NCBI GenBank assembly: GCA_034927285.1
Contig: JAYFQF010000024.1
Location: forward strand, 9,421 to 73,420
Reading direction: 5' to 3'
Source: Peptococcaceae bacterium
GTDB lineage: Bacteria > Bacillota > Peptococcia > DRI-13 > UBA5745
Length of the DNA stretch: 64,000 nucleotides
Shown: positions 28,581 to 38,341 of the stretch, one piece after another
Numbering within the stretch: position 1 is the stretch's first letter
Layout of the letters: each line of letters begins with the position of its first letter
Position numbers and translations under genes: made by a program
Notes under the pieces: generated by a model
Told to the model about the DNA's origin: nothing
What the model saw: only the letters and a program-made list of their open reading frames with translations
Databases searched by the model: none

Positions 28581-29774
28581 ATGACCAACATCAAGCCTTT
28601 CATTGACAAATTGAACAGCCTTAAATTTGACCGCATGTATAATAACGACTTTTTCCTGACCTGGGAAAAAACCGACGACGAACTGGCCGCCGTCTTTACC
28701 GTAGCCGACGCCCTCCGTCATCTGCGGCAAAACAACGTCTCCGCCAAAATCTTTGACAGCGGCCTGGGCATCTCCCTTTTCCGGGACAACTCCACCCGTA
28801 CCCGCTTCAGCTTTGCTTCCGCCTGCAACCTTTTGGGGCTGGAGGTTCAGGACCTGGATGAAGGAAAATCCCAGATCGCTCATGGCGAAACGGTCCGGGA
28901 AACCGCCAACATGGTCTCTTTCATGGCCGACGTCATCGGCATCCGGGACGACATGTACATCGGTAAAGGCAACACCTATATGCACGCTGTGGCCGACGCG
29001 GTGAAAGAAGGTCATTCTGAGGGCGTGCTGGAACAGCGGCCCGCCTTGGTAAACCTGCAGTGCGATATCGACCATCCCACCCAGATCATGGCCGACACGG
29101 CCCACATCATCCATCACTTCGGCGGCGCAGAAAATCTGAAGGGCAAAAAGATCGCCATGACCTGGGCATACTCTCCTTCCTATGGCAAACCTCTTTCCGT
29201 CCCCCAGGGCGTAGTGGGACTGATGACCCGGATGGGCATGGATGTGGTGCTGGCCCATCCCCAGGGTTATGAGATCATGGCGGAGGTGGAGGAAGTAGGC
29301 CGGCAAAACGCTGAAAAAAGCGGCGGCTCCTTTACCAAGACCAACAGCATGGCCGAAGCCTTCAGGGACGCCGATATCGTCTATCCCAAAAGCTGGGCCC
29401 CCTTTTCCGCCATGGAAAAGCGTACGGATCTTTACGGCAAAGGGGATTTTGATGGCATCAAGGCCCTGGAAAAAGAGCTTTTGACCCAAAACGCCCGGCA
29501 TAAGGACTGGGACTGCACCGAGGAAATGATGAGCCTCACCAGGGAAGGCAAGGCTCTCTACCTTCATTGTCTGCCTGCCGATATCACCGGCGTCAGCTGC
29601 GAAGCCGGCGAGGTGGCCGCCTCCGTTTTTGATCGCTATCGGACCTCCTTATATAAAGAGGCCAGCTATAAGCCCTACATCATCGCGGCCATGATCTTTT
29701 TAAGCAAGATCCAAAACCCTCAGGCCACTTTGCAGGCTCTGACGGAAAAAAACACGGCACGGAAGACCCTGTAA
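28581..29774 (+). CDS. ygeW: Knotted carbamoyltransferase YgeW
   Basis: FRDNSTRTRFSF, NLQCDIDHPTQ, WAYSPSYGKPLSVPQG, YPKSW, YLHCLPAD. Confidence 0.95.
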   Translation: MTNIKPFIDKLNSLKFDRMYNNDFFLTWEKTDDELAAVFTVADALRHLRQNNVSAKIFDSGLGISLFRDNSTRTRFSFASACNLLGLEVQDLDEGKSQIAHGETVRETANMVSFMADVIGIRDDMYIGKGNTYMHAVADAVKEGHSEGVLEQRPALVNLQCDIDHPTQIMADTAHIIHHFGGAENLKGKKIAMTWAYSPSYGKPLSVPQGVVGLMTRMGMDVVLAHPQGYEIMAEVEEVGRQNAEKSGGSFTKTNSMAEAFRDADIVYPKSWAPFSAMEKRTDLYGKGDFDGIKALEKELLTQNARHKDWDCTEEMMSLTREGKALYLHCLPADITGVSCEAGEVAASVFDRYRTSLYKEASYKPYIIAAMIFLSKIQNPQATLQALTEKNTARKTL

Positions 29775-29791
29775 ACGCAAGGGAGAACGTT

Positions 29792-30727
29792 ATGGCAAAA
29801 CGAATCGTCATCGCCCTGGGCGGCAACGCCCTGGGCAATACCCTCCATGAGCAGTTTGGCGCCGCTCAAAATACGGCCAGGGCCATCGCCGATCTGATCC
29901 AGGAAGGCCACCAGGTGGTGGTGGCCCACGGCAACGGTCCCCAGGTAGGCATGATTAATCTGGCCATGTCCCAGCTGACCAGCCGCTGGCCGGAGAAATA
30001 TCCCCCTACGCCCCTGACGGTCTGCGGCGCCATGAGCCAGGGCTATATCGGCTATGACCTGCAGAACACCTTGCGGGAAGAGCTCTTATCCCGGGGCATC
30101 CATAAAGAAATAGCCACCCTGATCACCCAGGTGGCCGTAGATCCCGAAGACCCGGCGTTCCGGCAGCCCACCAAGCCCATCGGCCGTTTCATGAGCCATG
30201 AGGAAGCCAAACAATTTGAACGCCAGGGTTATGCCATTATGGAGGACTCCGGCCGGGGCTGGCGCCGGGTGGTAGCCTCGCCCCGCCCCCAGGAAATTAT
30301 TGAAATGGGGGCCATCCGGGCCATGGTGGAAGACGGTCACGTGGTCATCGCCTGCGGCGGCGGCGGTATTCCCGTAATTCATCAGGGCAACCGGCTGAAG
30401 GGGGTGCCGGCGGTCATCGACAAGGATTTTGCCAGCTGCTGTATGGCCAAGGCCCTGGACGCCGACTATCTGATCATCCTTACCGCCGTGGAAAAGGTGG
30501 CCATTTACTTTGGCAAGCCCAATCAGGAATGGCTTTCCCAATTGTCCACGGAAAAAGCCCGGGAACTGATGGCCCAGGGGCATTTTGCCCCTGGTTCCAT
30601 GCTGCCCAAGGTCCAGGCCGCCGTTGAATTTGCCCAGTCCAAGCCCGGCCGCAGCGCCTTGATTACTCTGCTGGAGAAAGCCAGGGAAGGCATCCTGGGG
30701 CTGACCGGCACCTTGATCCGCGACTGA
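29792..30727 (+). CDS. arcC: Carbamate kinase (ArcC/YqeA)
   Basis: VIALGGNAL, HGNGPQVG, PTKPIG, RRVVASP, GGGGIPV, AVIDKD, GSMLPKV. Confidence 0.95.
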   Translation: MAKRIVIALGGNALGNTLHEQFGAAQNTARAIADLIQEGHQVVVAHGNGPQVGMINLAMSQLTSRWPEKYPPTPLTVCGAMSQGYIGYDLQNTLREELLSRGIHKEIATLITQVAVDPEDPAFRQPTKPIGRFMSHEEAKQFERQGYAIMEDSGRGWRRVVASPRPQEIIEMGAIRAMVEDGHVVIACGGGGIPVIHQGNRLKGVPAVIDKDFASCCMAKALDADYLIILTAVEKVAIYFGKPNQEWLSQLSTEKARELMAQGHFAPGSMLPKVQAAVEFAQSKPGRSALITLLEKAREGILGLTGTLIRD

Positions 30728-30762
30728 AATCACTTTCGGCCGGCTGCTTTTCTTCCGCTCCC

Positions 30763-30793
30763 AGTCCCGGGCCCTTTGCCCGGGACTTTTGCT
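30763..30793 (+). terminator. Intrinsic terminator after arcC
   Basis: 10-bp stem AGTCCCGGGC/GCCCGGGACT followed by a T-rich tract. Confidence 0.7.
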
Positions 30794-30806
30794 TTATTTC
30801 GGCGGA

Positions 30807-31520
30807 TTATTCCTGCTCCGAGTCCAGATTCACTTCCAGGGAACGGCCCGCCCCGAAGTTAAAAAGATAGCTGGTGCTTATGCCGCCGGCCTGATAGACC
30901 GCCGCGGTACTGTCCTTATCCCGGATCGTCATCTCTTCCAGCTGCAGTCCCAGATAATCCCCCAGGCCCTGAATGACCTTCTCCTGCTCATACTCCAGCA
31001 CCAGCTTCCCCGATCCCAGATAATACTGATAGATCTGGTGGCTTTCGGCATCCATCCAGAGATAAGCGTTAAAAGAATCGGTATAAAGAGGCAGCTCCCA
31101 GACCTGTGTGCTGACGGCCGGCCGTGCCATATCCATATAGGTGTTCAGTCGGTATTCCACCCGCTGATAGCCTACCTCCAGATTAATCGGCGGAAAGGCG
31201 CCGTGATCCTGGAGTTTTTTCAGCTGCTCCAGGGCAAAGACAAAAGGCTCGCTGCTGTACTGGCTTTTTTCCGGACTTTGCTTTTGGCTGGCCATGATCA
31301 CGCTTTCCGTCTTGTTGCCGTGATAAGCGGCGATCAGGTTCAGCTTGTCGATCAGGCTGACGGGAGCCTGCTCCGCCGACAGATCGCTCAACGGCTCCGT
31401 CACCACCCGCCCAAAAAGGCTCTGATCCCGCAGGGCGGAAAAGCAGGGCGGCAAAAGGATAGACAGCAGCAAAACGAGGCCGAACAAAAAATAAGGCCAA
31501 AACCTATCGTTATTTTTCAT
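30807..31520 (-). CDS. Membrane-anchored hypothetical protein co-transcribed with TCS (possible auxiliary protein)
   Basis: N-terminal TM/signal helix, 237 aa, ATGA overlap with the kinase stop. Confidence 0.7.
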   Translation of the reverse strand: MKNNDRFWPYFLFGLVLLLSILLPPCFSALRDQSLFGRVVTEPLSDLSAEQAPVSLIDKLNLIAAYHGNKTESVIMASQKQSPEKSQYSSEPFVFALEQLKKLQDHGAFPPINLEVGYQRVEYRLNTYMDMARPAVSTQVWELPLYTDSFNAYLWMDAESHQIYQYYLGSGKLVLEYEQEKVIQGLGDYLGLQLEEMTIRDKDSTAAVYQAGGISTSYLFNFGAGRSLEVNLDSEQE

Positions 31521-33184
31521 TGGGCCTCCTTTCCGGGCCCGGACTCCGCCGCCGACTCGGCCTCCGGCTCGGGTTTTGCTGCCGAACCGGCTTCCCGGAG
31601 AAAAGCGCCCTCTTTAAGCCGGAGAGAATCCTCCTCATTGGCCTGGCCGGAAAGGCTCTGCCCTGATGGAGCCTCCGCAAAAGACGGGCCCGCATACTCT
31701 CCCGGAAGCAAAAAGCTGACCCTGGTGCCCAGCCCCTGCCGGCTGTCAAACTCCAGCCTGGTATTATGCAGCCTGAGGATCTCGGCGCAGATAGCCAGCC
31801 CCAGCCCGGCGCCGCCCTGGGCCCGGGCCCGGGATTTGTCCACCATATAAAAAGCTTCGGTGATCCTGCCAATTTCTTCTTTTTCCATCCCCTTGCCGTC
31901 GTCCTCCACCTGTATCCGATATCCTTCCCGGGTAAGCAGTCCGGTGAATAGAATATGGCCGCCCTGGCCGTCCAAAGACTTGCGGGCGTTGTCCAAAAGA
32001 TTTAAGCAGACGGTTTTTAAAAGGTCCGGTTCAATTTGCAGCGGGGCCTGATCGGCCTTTACCGTGAAGCGGATCCCTTCTTTTACCAAAGCCGGCAGCA
32101 TCAGGCCCTGGATGGCGGCGAAAAAAGACCGGGCATTGACGGTTTTCAGCGGGAAATCCTGCCGGCCCAAAACGATCAGGTCCAGAAGCTTCATGGAAAG
32201 GGCCTCCAGCCTTTTGCCCTCCCGGAAAATATAGTTGGCCGACAGCACCACCTGCTCCTGATCCAGCTTTTTGGACCGCAGCATGTCTGCGTAGCCGATG
32301 ATGGAGGTCAGCGGGGTTTTCAGCTCATGGGCAAAGCTGCCGATAAAGTCCTCCTGGCGGCGGGAGGTGTCCTTCAATTCCTCTACCATGGCCTCAAGCC
32401 GGTCGGCCATCGCGTTATAATCCCGGGCCAGCATACTGATCTCATCGGAGCCCTGCACCGCAAGACGCTGGCCGAAATCCCCGTCGGCAAGCCTTTTGGT
32501 GGCTCTGGAAAGCCGCCGCAAGGGCTTGGTCAGCCATTGGGTAATGGCAAAAATCACCCCGCCGCTGATCAGGATCATGGCGATCATCAGCCGGGAAAAA
32601 TCCTGGTAGCGGTCGCTGCGATTTTCAAAGAGAAAACCAACGTCCCGGAAATTCTCCAGATAAAGGCGTTCCCCCTGCACCAGCAAAGGGCTGGCGGCAT
32701 GCAGATAATAGCTGCCGCCGGCCATGACCAGCCGGTAACCCCGGGCATTGGGCGGCAGCTTGCGCAGCATGGAATTATCGATGTCCAGATCACTGCTGAG
32801 GTAGATCGTCTCCAGAGAACTGTCGCTTAAGCGGAAAGGCACCGTTCCCCTGCTGGTATTGATGGTCACCGACCGGGCCGTCTGGCGCAGAAGCTCCCGC
32901 TGATCGTCGGCCAGTCCCCGGGCCTGTTCCGAGGTTATGGTTTTTTCCCCGGGATTCAGGTTGAAAAACTGGTTTATATTGTCTTGGTAGGCCGAAATGA
33001 TCTCCTGGAACTGTTTATTTGCTGTGAAGGTGTAGCACAGGATATCGTTCTCCTCATAAGCGGAGGCGATCTCCCGATCCAGGGCAGTACGGAACTGAGC
33101 GTCGATCAGATAATAACTGCCGAAGCTGAAGGTAGCCGCCGCAATCAGGATCGTGCTGAAGAACACCTTCCAGAAAAATTTCAC
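31517..33184 (-). CDS. Sensor histidine kinase (HAMP-HisKA-HATPase)
   Basis: FAHELKTPLTSI, NLLDNA, DDGKG, F-box FYMVDKSR, GAGLGL; two TM helices. Confidence 0.93.
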   Translation of the reverse strand: MKFFWKVFFSTILIAAATFSFGSYYLIDAQFRTALDREIASAYEENDILCYTFTANKQFQEIISAYQDNINQFFNLNPGEKTITSEQARGLADDQRELLRQTARSVTINTSRGTVPFRLSDSSLETIYLSSDLDIDNSMLRKLPPNARGYRLVMAGGSYYLHAASPLLVQGERLYLENFRDVGFLFENRSDRYQDFSRLMIAMILISGGVIFAITQWLTKPLRRLSRATKRLADGDFGQRLAVQGSDEISMLARDYNAMADRLEAMVEELKDTSRRQEDFIGSFAHELKTPLTSIIGYADMLRSKKLDQEQVVLSANYIFREGKRLEALSMKLLDLIVLGRQDFPLKTVNARSFFAAIQGLMLPALVKEGIRFTVKADQAPLQIEPDLLKTVCLNLLDNARKSLDGQGGHILFTGLLTREGYRIQVEDDGKGMEKEEIGRITEAFYMVDKSRARAQGGAGLGLAICAEILRLHNTRLEFDSRQGLGTRVSFLLPGEYAGPSFAEAPSGQSLSGQANEEDSLRLKEGAFLREAGSAAKPEPEAESAAESGPGKEAQ

Positions 33185-33840
33185 TGAGGCACCTCCAGGC
33201 GATAGCCGACTTTATATACGGCCACGATTTTTTCTTCCCAGCCGATTTTTTTGCGCAGACGCTGGACATGCAGGTCCACCGTACGGCTGTCCCCCATGTC
33301 TTCCTCGCCCCAGATCTTTTCGTAGATACGGTCCCGGAACAAGGCGATATTTTTATTCTGGATAAAAAGCAGCAAAAGCTCGTATTCCTTATTGGTAAGA
33401 TTGATGATCCTGCCCTGCTTTTTTACGATGCGGGAAAGGGTGTTGATCTCCAGATCAAAAACCTGCTGCCGGCAAGCGTTTTTATTATATCGCCTCAGCA
33501 CCGTTTCTACCCGGGCCAAAAGCTCGATGATCTCGAAAGGCTTGGGCAGGTAGTCTTCGGCCCCCAGCCGCAGCCCCTTTACCCGGTCTTTCACATCGGA
33601 CTTGGCGGTGAGAAAAATCACCGGGATATCCAGAGGCCGGATATACTCGATCAGCTGGTAGCCGTTGATCTTGGGCAGCATAATATCCAAAAGGATCAAG
33701 TCAAAGTTCTCTTTTTCCAGGAGATCCGCCGCTTCCATCCCGTCAAAGGCGCAGACGCAGCGGTAGCCTGCGTCGGTGAGGTTGATTTTGATCAGCGTGG
33801 AAATGGCTTCCTCATCCTCCACAATCAAAATCCTGTTCAT
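33181..33840 (-). CDS. OmpR-family response regulator
   Basis: Start moved to ATG 33840 (MNRILIVEDEE); LDIMLP, FLTAK, YLPKPF, SRTVDLHVQRLRKK. Confidence 0.93.
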   Translation of the reverse strand: MNRILIVEDEEAISTLIKINLTDAGYRCVCAFDGMEAADLLEKENFDLILLDIMLPKINGYQLIEYIRPLDIPVIFLTAKSDVKDRVKGLRLGAEDYLPKPFEIIELLARVETVLRRYNKNACRQQVFDLEINTLSRIVKKQGRIINLTNKEYELLLLFIQNKNIALFRDRIYEKIWGEEDMGDSRTVDLHVQRLRKKIGWEEKIVAVYKVGYRLEVPQ

Positions 33841-34137
33841 TTGGCCCGCCTCCTTTTTCGGCCGCCGGTCATCGGGCAATGTCAACCCCGTAAATTATGG
33901 TTCCGGCAGGTCGGGCCGGGTTATCCGGCCTGGCTGCCGCCGGCGGAAAATCATGATGAAATTCACTGGGTTCATTTTATCATAAATTTATGAGTTGAAC
34001 GCAAAGGACTGAAAAAAACGTCGCCTTACCGCGAAAAAGGTTCCAACAGAAAGGGCGCCGTCCTTTTGGGGATCATTTCGTCACATTTATTCCGATTCAT
34101 TCCGAAAAGGCGGAGGAATGGGTTTTTTATCAAAAAC

Positions 34138-34611
34138 TCAGGCCAGACCCCGCAGCAGATTCACCATCTCAATGGCGGAAAGGGCGCAGTCGTAGCCTTT
34201 GTTTCCCGCCTTGGCGCCCGCCCGCTGGATGGCCTGTTCCAGGGTATCGGCGGTCACCAGGCCGAAAAGCACCGGCAGCCCGCGTTTTAAACCCACCTGG
34301 GCAATCCCTTTGGAAACCTCGTTGCAGACGTAATCGTAATGGGAAGTTTCCCCCCGGATCACCGCGCCCAGGCAGATCACGGCGTCATATCTGCCGGAAG
34401 CCGCCATTTTATCGGCAGCCAGCGGAATCTCGAAAGCGCCGGGCACCCAGGCGGCGGTGACCGCTTCTTCGGCCACGCCATGACGGACCAGACCGTCCAC
34501 CGCGCCGTCAAGAAGCTTTGCCACAATAAATTCATTGAACCGGGAGGCCACGATAGCGATCCGGATATCCTGTCCCAGCACTTTGCCTTCGATCCGATTG
34601 ATGTTGTACAT
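34138..34611 (-). CDS. ribH: 6,7-dimethyl-8-ribityllumazine synthase
   Basis: [33 protein letters not shown]. Confidence 0.96.
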   Translation of the reverse strand: MYNINRIEGKVLGQDIRIAIVASRFNEFIVAKLLDGAVDGLVRHGVAEEAVTAAWVPGAFEIPLAADKMAASGRYDAVICLGAVIRGETSHYDYVCNEVSKGIAQVGLKRGLPVLFGLVTADTLEQAIQRAGAKAGNKGYDCALSAIEMVNLLRGLA

Positions 34612-34713
34612 TTTTCTTTCCTCCTGTCAAGTCCTATGGCCAGACCTGTTCGAGGCCTGTTTCCAATTCTGTTTCAAGTTCTGTTTCCAAACCTGTTTTC
34701 AGCCCCTATCCGG

Positions 34714-35928
34714 TCAGACTGCCGGCTGGCTGTGGCTGAAGAGGTGCCCCATTTTTTCTTCTTTGGTTTTCAGATACAGCGCGTCGTCTTTTTGGGGCGG
34801 TATCTCGATGGGTACCCGCTCCCTGATGATAAGGCCAAAGCCCTCCAGGCCGTAGACCTTGTCCGGATTATTGGTTAAAAGCCTGAGTTCCTTAGCGCCC
34901 AAGTCTCTGAGGATCTGGGCACCGATCCAATATTCCCGCAGGTCCGGGGCGAAGCCCAGCTTCAGATTGGCCTCCACGGTGTCCAGCCCTTTTTCCTGCA
35001 GCTCATAGGCCTTCAGCTTATTGATCAGACCGATGCCCCGACCCTCCTGGCGCATATAAAGGACGATGCCCCGGCCTTCCCCTTGGATCATTTTCAGGGC
35101 CCTGGCCAGCTGCCGGCCGCAATCGCAGCGCCGGGAACCGAAAACATCGCCGGTCAGGCATTCGGAATGCACCCGGCAAAGCAGGTCTTTGCCGTCGCCG
35201 ATTTCGCCTTTCACCAAAGCCACATGGTGTTCGCCGTTTAAGTCGTTGATATAGCCGTAGATCTTAAAATCGCCGAAATCCGTGGGCAGGCCGGCGCAGG
35301 CCTCCCGGACCACATGCTTGTCATAGCGGCGGCAATAGTCCTGAATATCCCGGATCGTGATGAACTTCATGCCATATTGCCGGGCCAATCCCCAAAGCTC
35401 CGTTGTGCGCATCATGCTGCCGTCCTCGGCCATGACCTCGCAGCAAAGGCCGCATTCCTTCAGTCCCGCCAGCCGCAGCAGATCCACAGTGGCTTCCGTG
35501 TGCCCGTTTCTGGTCAGAACGCCGCCCCGCCGGGCCACCAAAGGGAACATATGCCCCGGCCGGCGGAAATCTTCGGGCCGGGCATCGCCGGCGGCGCATT
35601 TCTGAGCCGTAAGGGAGCGCTCCACGGCGGAGATGCCGGTGGCGGTGTCTTTGTGGTCGATGGAAACGGTAAAGGCGGTGCTGTGGTTATCGGTATTTTC
35701 CTCCACCATCTGGGGCAGGCGAAGCCGGCGGGCCCAGGCCTCGCTCATGGGCATGCAGATCAGCCCCTTGCCCTGCCGGGCCATGAAATTTACATTCTCC
35801 GGCGTGGCAAACTGGGCGGCGCAGATAAAATCCCCCTCGTTTTCTCTGTCCGGATCGTCGGTAACCAGGATCAGCCGCCCCGCCCGCAGCTCCGCCAGGG
35901 CTTCCGGCACAGAATCAAATTCGCTCAT
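34714..35928 (-). CDS. ribBA: Bifunctional DHBP synthase / GTP cyclohydrolase II
   Basis: [51 protein letters not shown]. Confidence 0.96.
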   Translation of the reverse strand: MSEFDSVPEALAELRAGRLILVTDDPDRENEGDFICAAQFATPENVNFMARQGKGLICMPMSEAWARRLRLPQMVEENTDNHSTAFTVSIDHKDTATGISAVERSLTAQKCAAGDARPEDFRRPGHMFPLVARRGGVLTRNGHTEATVDLLRLAGLKECGLCCEVMAEDGSMMRTTELWGLARQYGMKFITIRDIQDYCRRYDKHVVREACAGLPTDFGDFKIYGYINDLNGEHHVALVKGEIGDGKDLLCRVHSECLTGDVFGSRRCDCGRQLARALKMIQGEGRGIVLYMRQEGRGIGLINKLKAYELQEKGLDTVEANLKLGFAPDLREYWIGAQILRDLGAKELRLLTNNPDKVYGLEGFGLIIRERVPIEIPPQKDDALYLKTKEEKMGHLFSHSQPAV

Positions 35929-35975
35929 TTTTCCTCTCCTTTTGGCAATATCTTATTTCTTGGGATAGTAGCAGA

Positions 35976-36680
35976 TCAAAACCCATTCTGGTGCAAAAAC
36001 TCCAGGGTGAGGCCGCTTCCGCCGAAAGCCGCCTTTCCCCCGGAGGCGGTTCCGGCAGCCCCCCCGCCTTTGCCTTGCCGGGGCGCCTCCATGAGCAGAA
36101 GCTTTTGTATGTACTTTCCGACCATATCGTTTTCCAGGTTCAACAGATCTCCCGGTTTTTTTGCCGGCAGCGTGGTCTCCCGGGCGGTGTGGGGGATCAG
36201 GGAAACCTGAAAAACTGCCGCGGCCTCATCCACCGCCGCCACCGTCAGACTGACGCCGTCAACGGCCACGGAGCCTTTCTCCACCATCAGAGCCAGAATC
36301 GGCGGCGGCCCGCCGATAGTAAGCCAGAGGGCGTTGCCCTCTTTTCTTTGCTCTTGCAGCCGTCCGGCCCCGTCGATATGGCCGCTGACCAGATGGCCGC
36401 CGAAACGGCCGCCGAATGCCATAGCCCGCTCCAGATTCACTTCATCCCCGGGGCTCAGATTCCCCAGGTTTGTTCGCTCCATAGTTTCCGGCATAACATC
36501 GGCGGCAAAGCCGCCGGGAAAAAGCCCGGTGACCGTAAGGCAGGCGCCGTTTACCGCGATGCTGTCTCCCACCCGGGTACCTTCCGTGACCTGATGAGCG
36601 GCGATTTCCAGGCTGCCCCACCGGCTGCCCGCCGTCCGCCGCCGCAGAGAGCCTTTTTCCTCAATGATTCCCGTAAACAT
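35976..36680 (-). CDS. ribE: Riboflavin synthase alpha chain
   Basis: True start MFTGIIEE at ATG 36680; SIAVNGACLTV, VNLERA, GGHLVSGHIDG, DGVSLTV, IPHT. Confidence 0.95.
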   Translation of the reverse strand: MFTGIIEEKGSLRRRTAGSRWGSLEIAAHQVTEGTRVGDSIAVNGACLTVTGLFPGGFAADVMPETMERTNLGNLSPGDEVNLERAMAFGGRFGGHLVSGHIDGAGRLQEQRKEGNALWLTIGGPPPILALMVEKGSVAVDGVSLTVAAVDEAAAVFQVSLIPHTARETTLPAKKPGDLLNLENDMVGKYIQKLLLMEAPRQGKGGGAAGTASGGKAAFGGSGLTLEFLHQNGF

Positions 36681-38007
36681 AACTATTGCCTCCGCTCCTT
36701 TCACCGTCGTCTGCCACCGGCTCCAATTCGTATTCCAGCAGCACATCCCGGCCAAAGGTCCGTACCCGGGGCGCTGTCAGCGTCACTCCCCGCAGTCCGG
36801 GACCCAGGCTGCCGTCCACCGGCGTTTTTGCGCCGCCGCCAAAGAGCCTGGCCCCGACAAAGGCATAGACCTTTTGCACCAGACCGGCGGCCAATAAGCC
36901 GGCGTTCAGCTCGCCGCCCCCTTCCACCAAAATGCCGCTGATTTCCCGCTTTGCCAAAATCTCCAAAAGCTTTTTCAGGTCCACCCGGCCGCCGGGGCCG
37001 GAAACCCGGATCACGGTAACGCCCAGGGCTTCCAGCGCCGTCTGCTTTGCCGGCGGCGGCGCGGCGGCGGCCACGATGGTCGGCGCCGCCCGGGCAGTCT
37101 GGCAGATCCGGCTGTCAAGAGGGATCGTCAGCCGGCTGTCGCAGATAATCCGCAGAGGGTTTCGTCCCCCGGGCAGGCGGCAGGTCAGCAGGGGGTCGTC
37201 GGCCAGTACCGTACCGATCCCCGCCATAACGGCAGGATAAAAGTTCCGCAAAAGGTGTACCTCCCGGCGGGCCTCCTCTCCGGTGATCCACCGGCAGGGC
37301 CCGCCGGTGATTTTGCCGTCGGCCGTCATGGCGTATTTCAGCGCCACATAAGGCAGTCCCCGGGTGATGTAATGGAAAAACACCGGATTCAGCTCATCGC
37401 ACTCCCGCCGCATAAAATCCCGCTTCACAAAAAGCCCCGCGTCCTCCAAAAGCCCCGCCCCCCTGCCGTTGACCCGGGGGTTTGGGTCCCGGGAGCCGAT
37501 CACTACCCGCCGGAGGCCCGAGGCCAGGATAGCCTCGGTGCAGGGCGGAGTCCGGCCCCGATGGCAGCAGGGTTCCAAAGTAACATAAAGAGTGGCTCCC
37601 GCCGGGCTTTCGCCGCAGTCGGCCAATGCCTCCCGTTCGGCATGGGGGCCGCCGCACATCCGGTGAAAGCCCTGGCCAATAATCCGGTCCCCCCTGGCGA
37701 TCACCGCCCCTACCAGGGGATTGGGCCCGGTCCGGCCCCGGCCTTTTTTTGCCAGCTCTATGGCTATTCCCATCATCAGGCGATCCATTTTGGCGGTTTC
37801 GCCGGTTTCCGCGGCGTTACTTCTTTCAACTGCTTTGCCGCTTTCCGCCGCCTCACTTCTTTCAACCGCTTTGCCCGTTTCCGCCTCCCCGCCCCCCTCA
37901 GCTTTGCTCACCTCTGCCTTACTGCCTTCAAGTGCTATGCCTGTTTCCTCAGCTTTGCTCTTCTCTGCCGCTTTGCTCTTCTCTGCCGCTTTGCTCTTTT
38001 CGGCCAT
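36661..38007 (-). CDS. ribD: Bifunctional deaminase/reductase RibD with repetitive N-terminal extension
   Basis: PNPLVGAV, HAE, TLEPCCH..RTPPC, GIGTVLADDPLLT, VEGG; ~70-aa E/K/A-rich N-terminus. Confidence 0.94.
   Translation of the reverse strand: MAEKSKAAEKSKAAEKSKAEETGIALEGSKAEVSKAEGGGEAETGKAVERSEAAESGKAVERSNAAETGETAKMDRLMMGIAIELAKKGRGRTGPNPLVGAVIARGDRIIGQGFHRMCGGPHAEREALADCGESPAGATLYVTLEPCCHRGRTPPCTEAILASGLRRVVIGSRDPNPRVNGRGAGLLEDAGLFVKRDFMRRECDELNPVFFHYITRGLPYVALKYAMTADGKITGGPCRWITGEEARREVHLLRNFYPAVMAGIGTVLADDPLLTCRLPGGRNPLRIICDSRLTIPLDSRICQTARAAPTIVAAAAPPPAKQTALEALGVTVIRVSGPGGRVDLKKLLEILAKREISGILVEGGGELNAGLLAAGLVQKVYAFVGARLFGGGAKTPVDGSLGPGLRGVTLTAPRVRTFGRDVLLEYELEPVADDGERSGGNSYVYGNH
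37952..38005. repeat. 18-bp tandem repeat x3 encoding AAEKSK
   Basis: GCTTTGCTCTTCTCTGCC repeated, third copy imperfect. Confidence 0.85.
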
Positions 38008-38055
38008 GTCTTCTTCCCTTCCTTTTTCCGCCTGCCTTCATTTGCTTGTCTCTAT

Positions 38056-38099
38056 AAAGAAAAAGCCCGGACAAACGAAAGCGTTCATCCAGGGCGGGA
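38056..38099 (-). terminator. Expression-platform terminator of FMN riboswitch
   Basis: Minus-strand GCCCTGGATGAACG...CGTTTGTCCGGGC followed by TTTTTCTTT. Confidence 0.7.
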
Positions 38100-38171
38100 A
38101 TCCATATCCCACAAAAAAAGCTCTGAAATGGAAATCCATCTCAGAGCAACAGCTGCGATCTATGATAGCGT

Positions 38172-38284
38172 AGCTTCTTCTTTCATCCAGACTTTACTGT
38201 CGGCCTCGGAATCTCACCGAATCCTGCCTTACGGCTCGCGGGCTTTACCGCCGGTAGGGACTTGCACCCTGCCCTGAAGAAACG
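38172..38284 (-). ncRNA. FMN riboswitch (RFN element)
   Basis: TCTTCAGGGCAGGGTGCAAGTCCCTACCGGCGGTAAAGCCCGCGAG...GATTCGGTGAGATTCCGAGGCCGACAGTAAAGTCTGGATGAAAGAAG upstream of ribD. Confidence 0.96.
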
Positions 38285-38302
38285 TTTATTTAATTTGGTA
38301 TT

Positions 38303-38331
38303 ATCATACTCTTTTTAATGCCCCTTGTAAA
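38303..38331 (-). promoter_or_regulatory. sigma70 promoter of rib operon
   Basis: TTTACA-N17-TATGAT. Confidence 0.7.
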
Positions 38332-38341
38332 GCTGTTTTTC

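Noticed and set aside
15397-30727. Selenocysteine (UGA) recoding in the selenium-linked cluster
   Set aside because: All ORFs are full length without internal UGA; this enzyme class uses labile selenium rather than Sec.
33995-34070. GCAAAGGAC...GTCCTTTTG structure between rib operon and response regulator as a c-di-GMP-I riboswitch
   Set aside because: The GGCAAA-stem-GAAA P2 element is missing; more likely a terminator-like structure.
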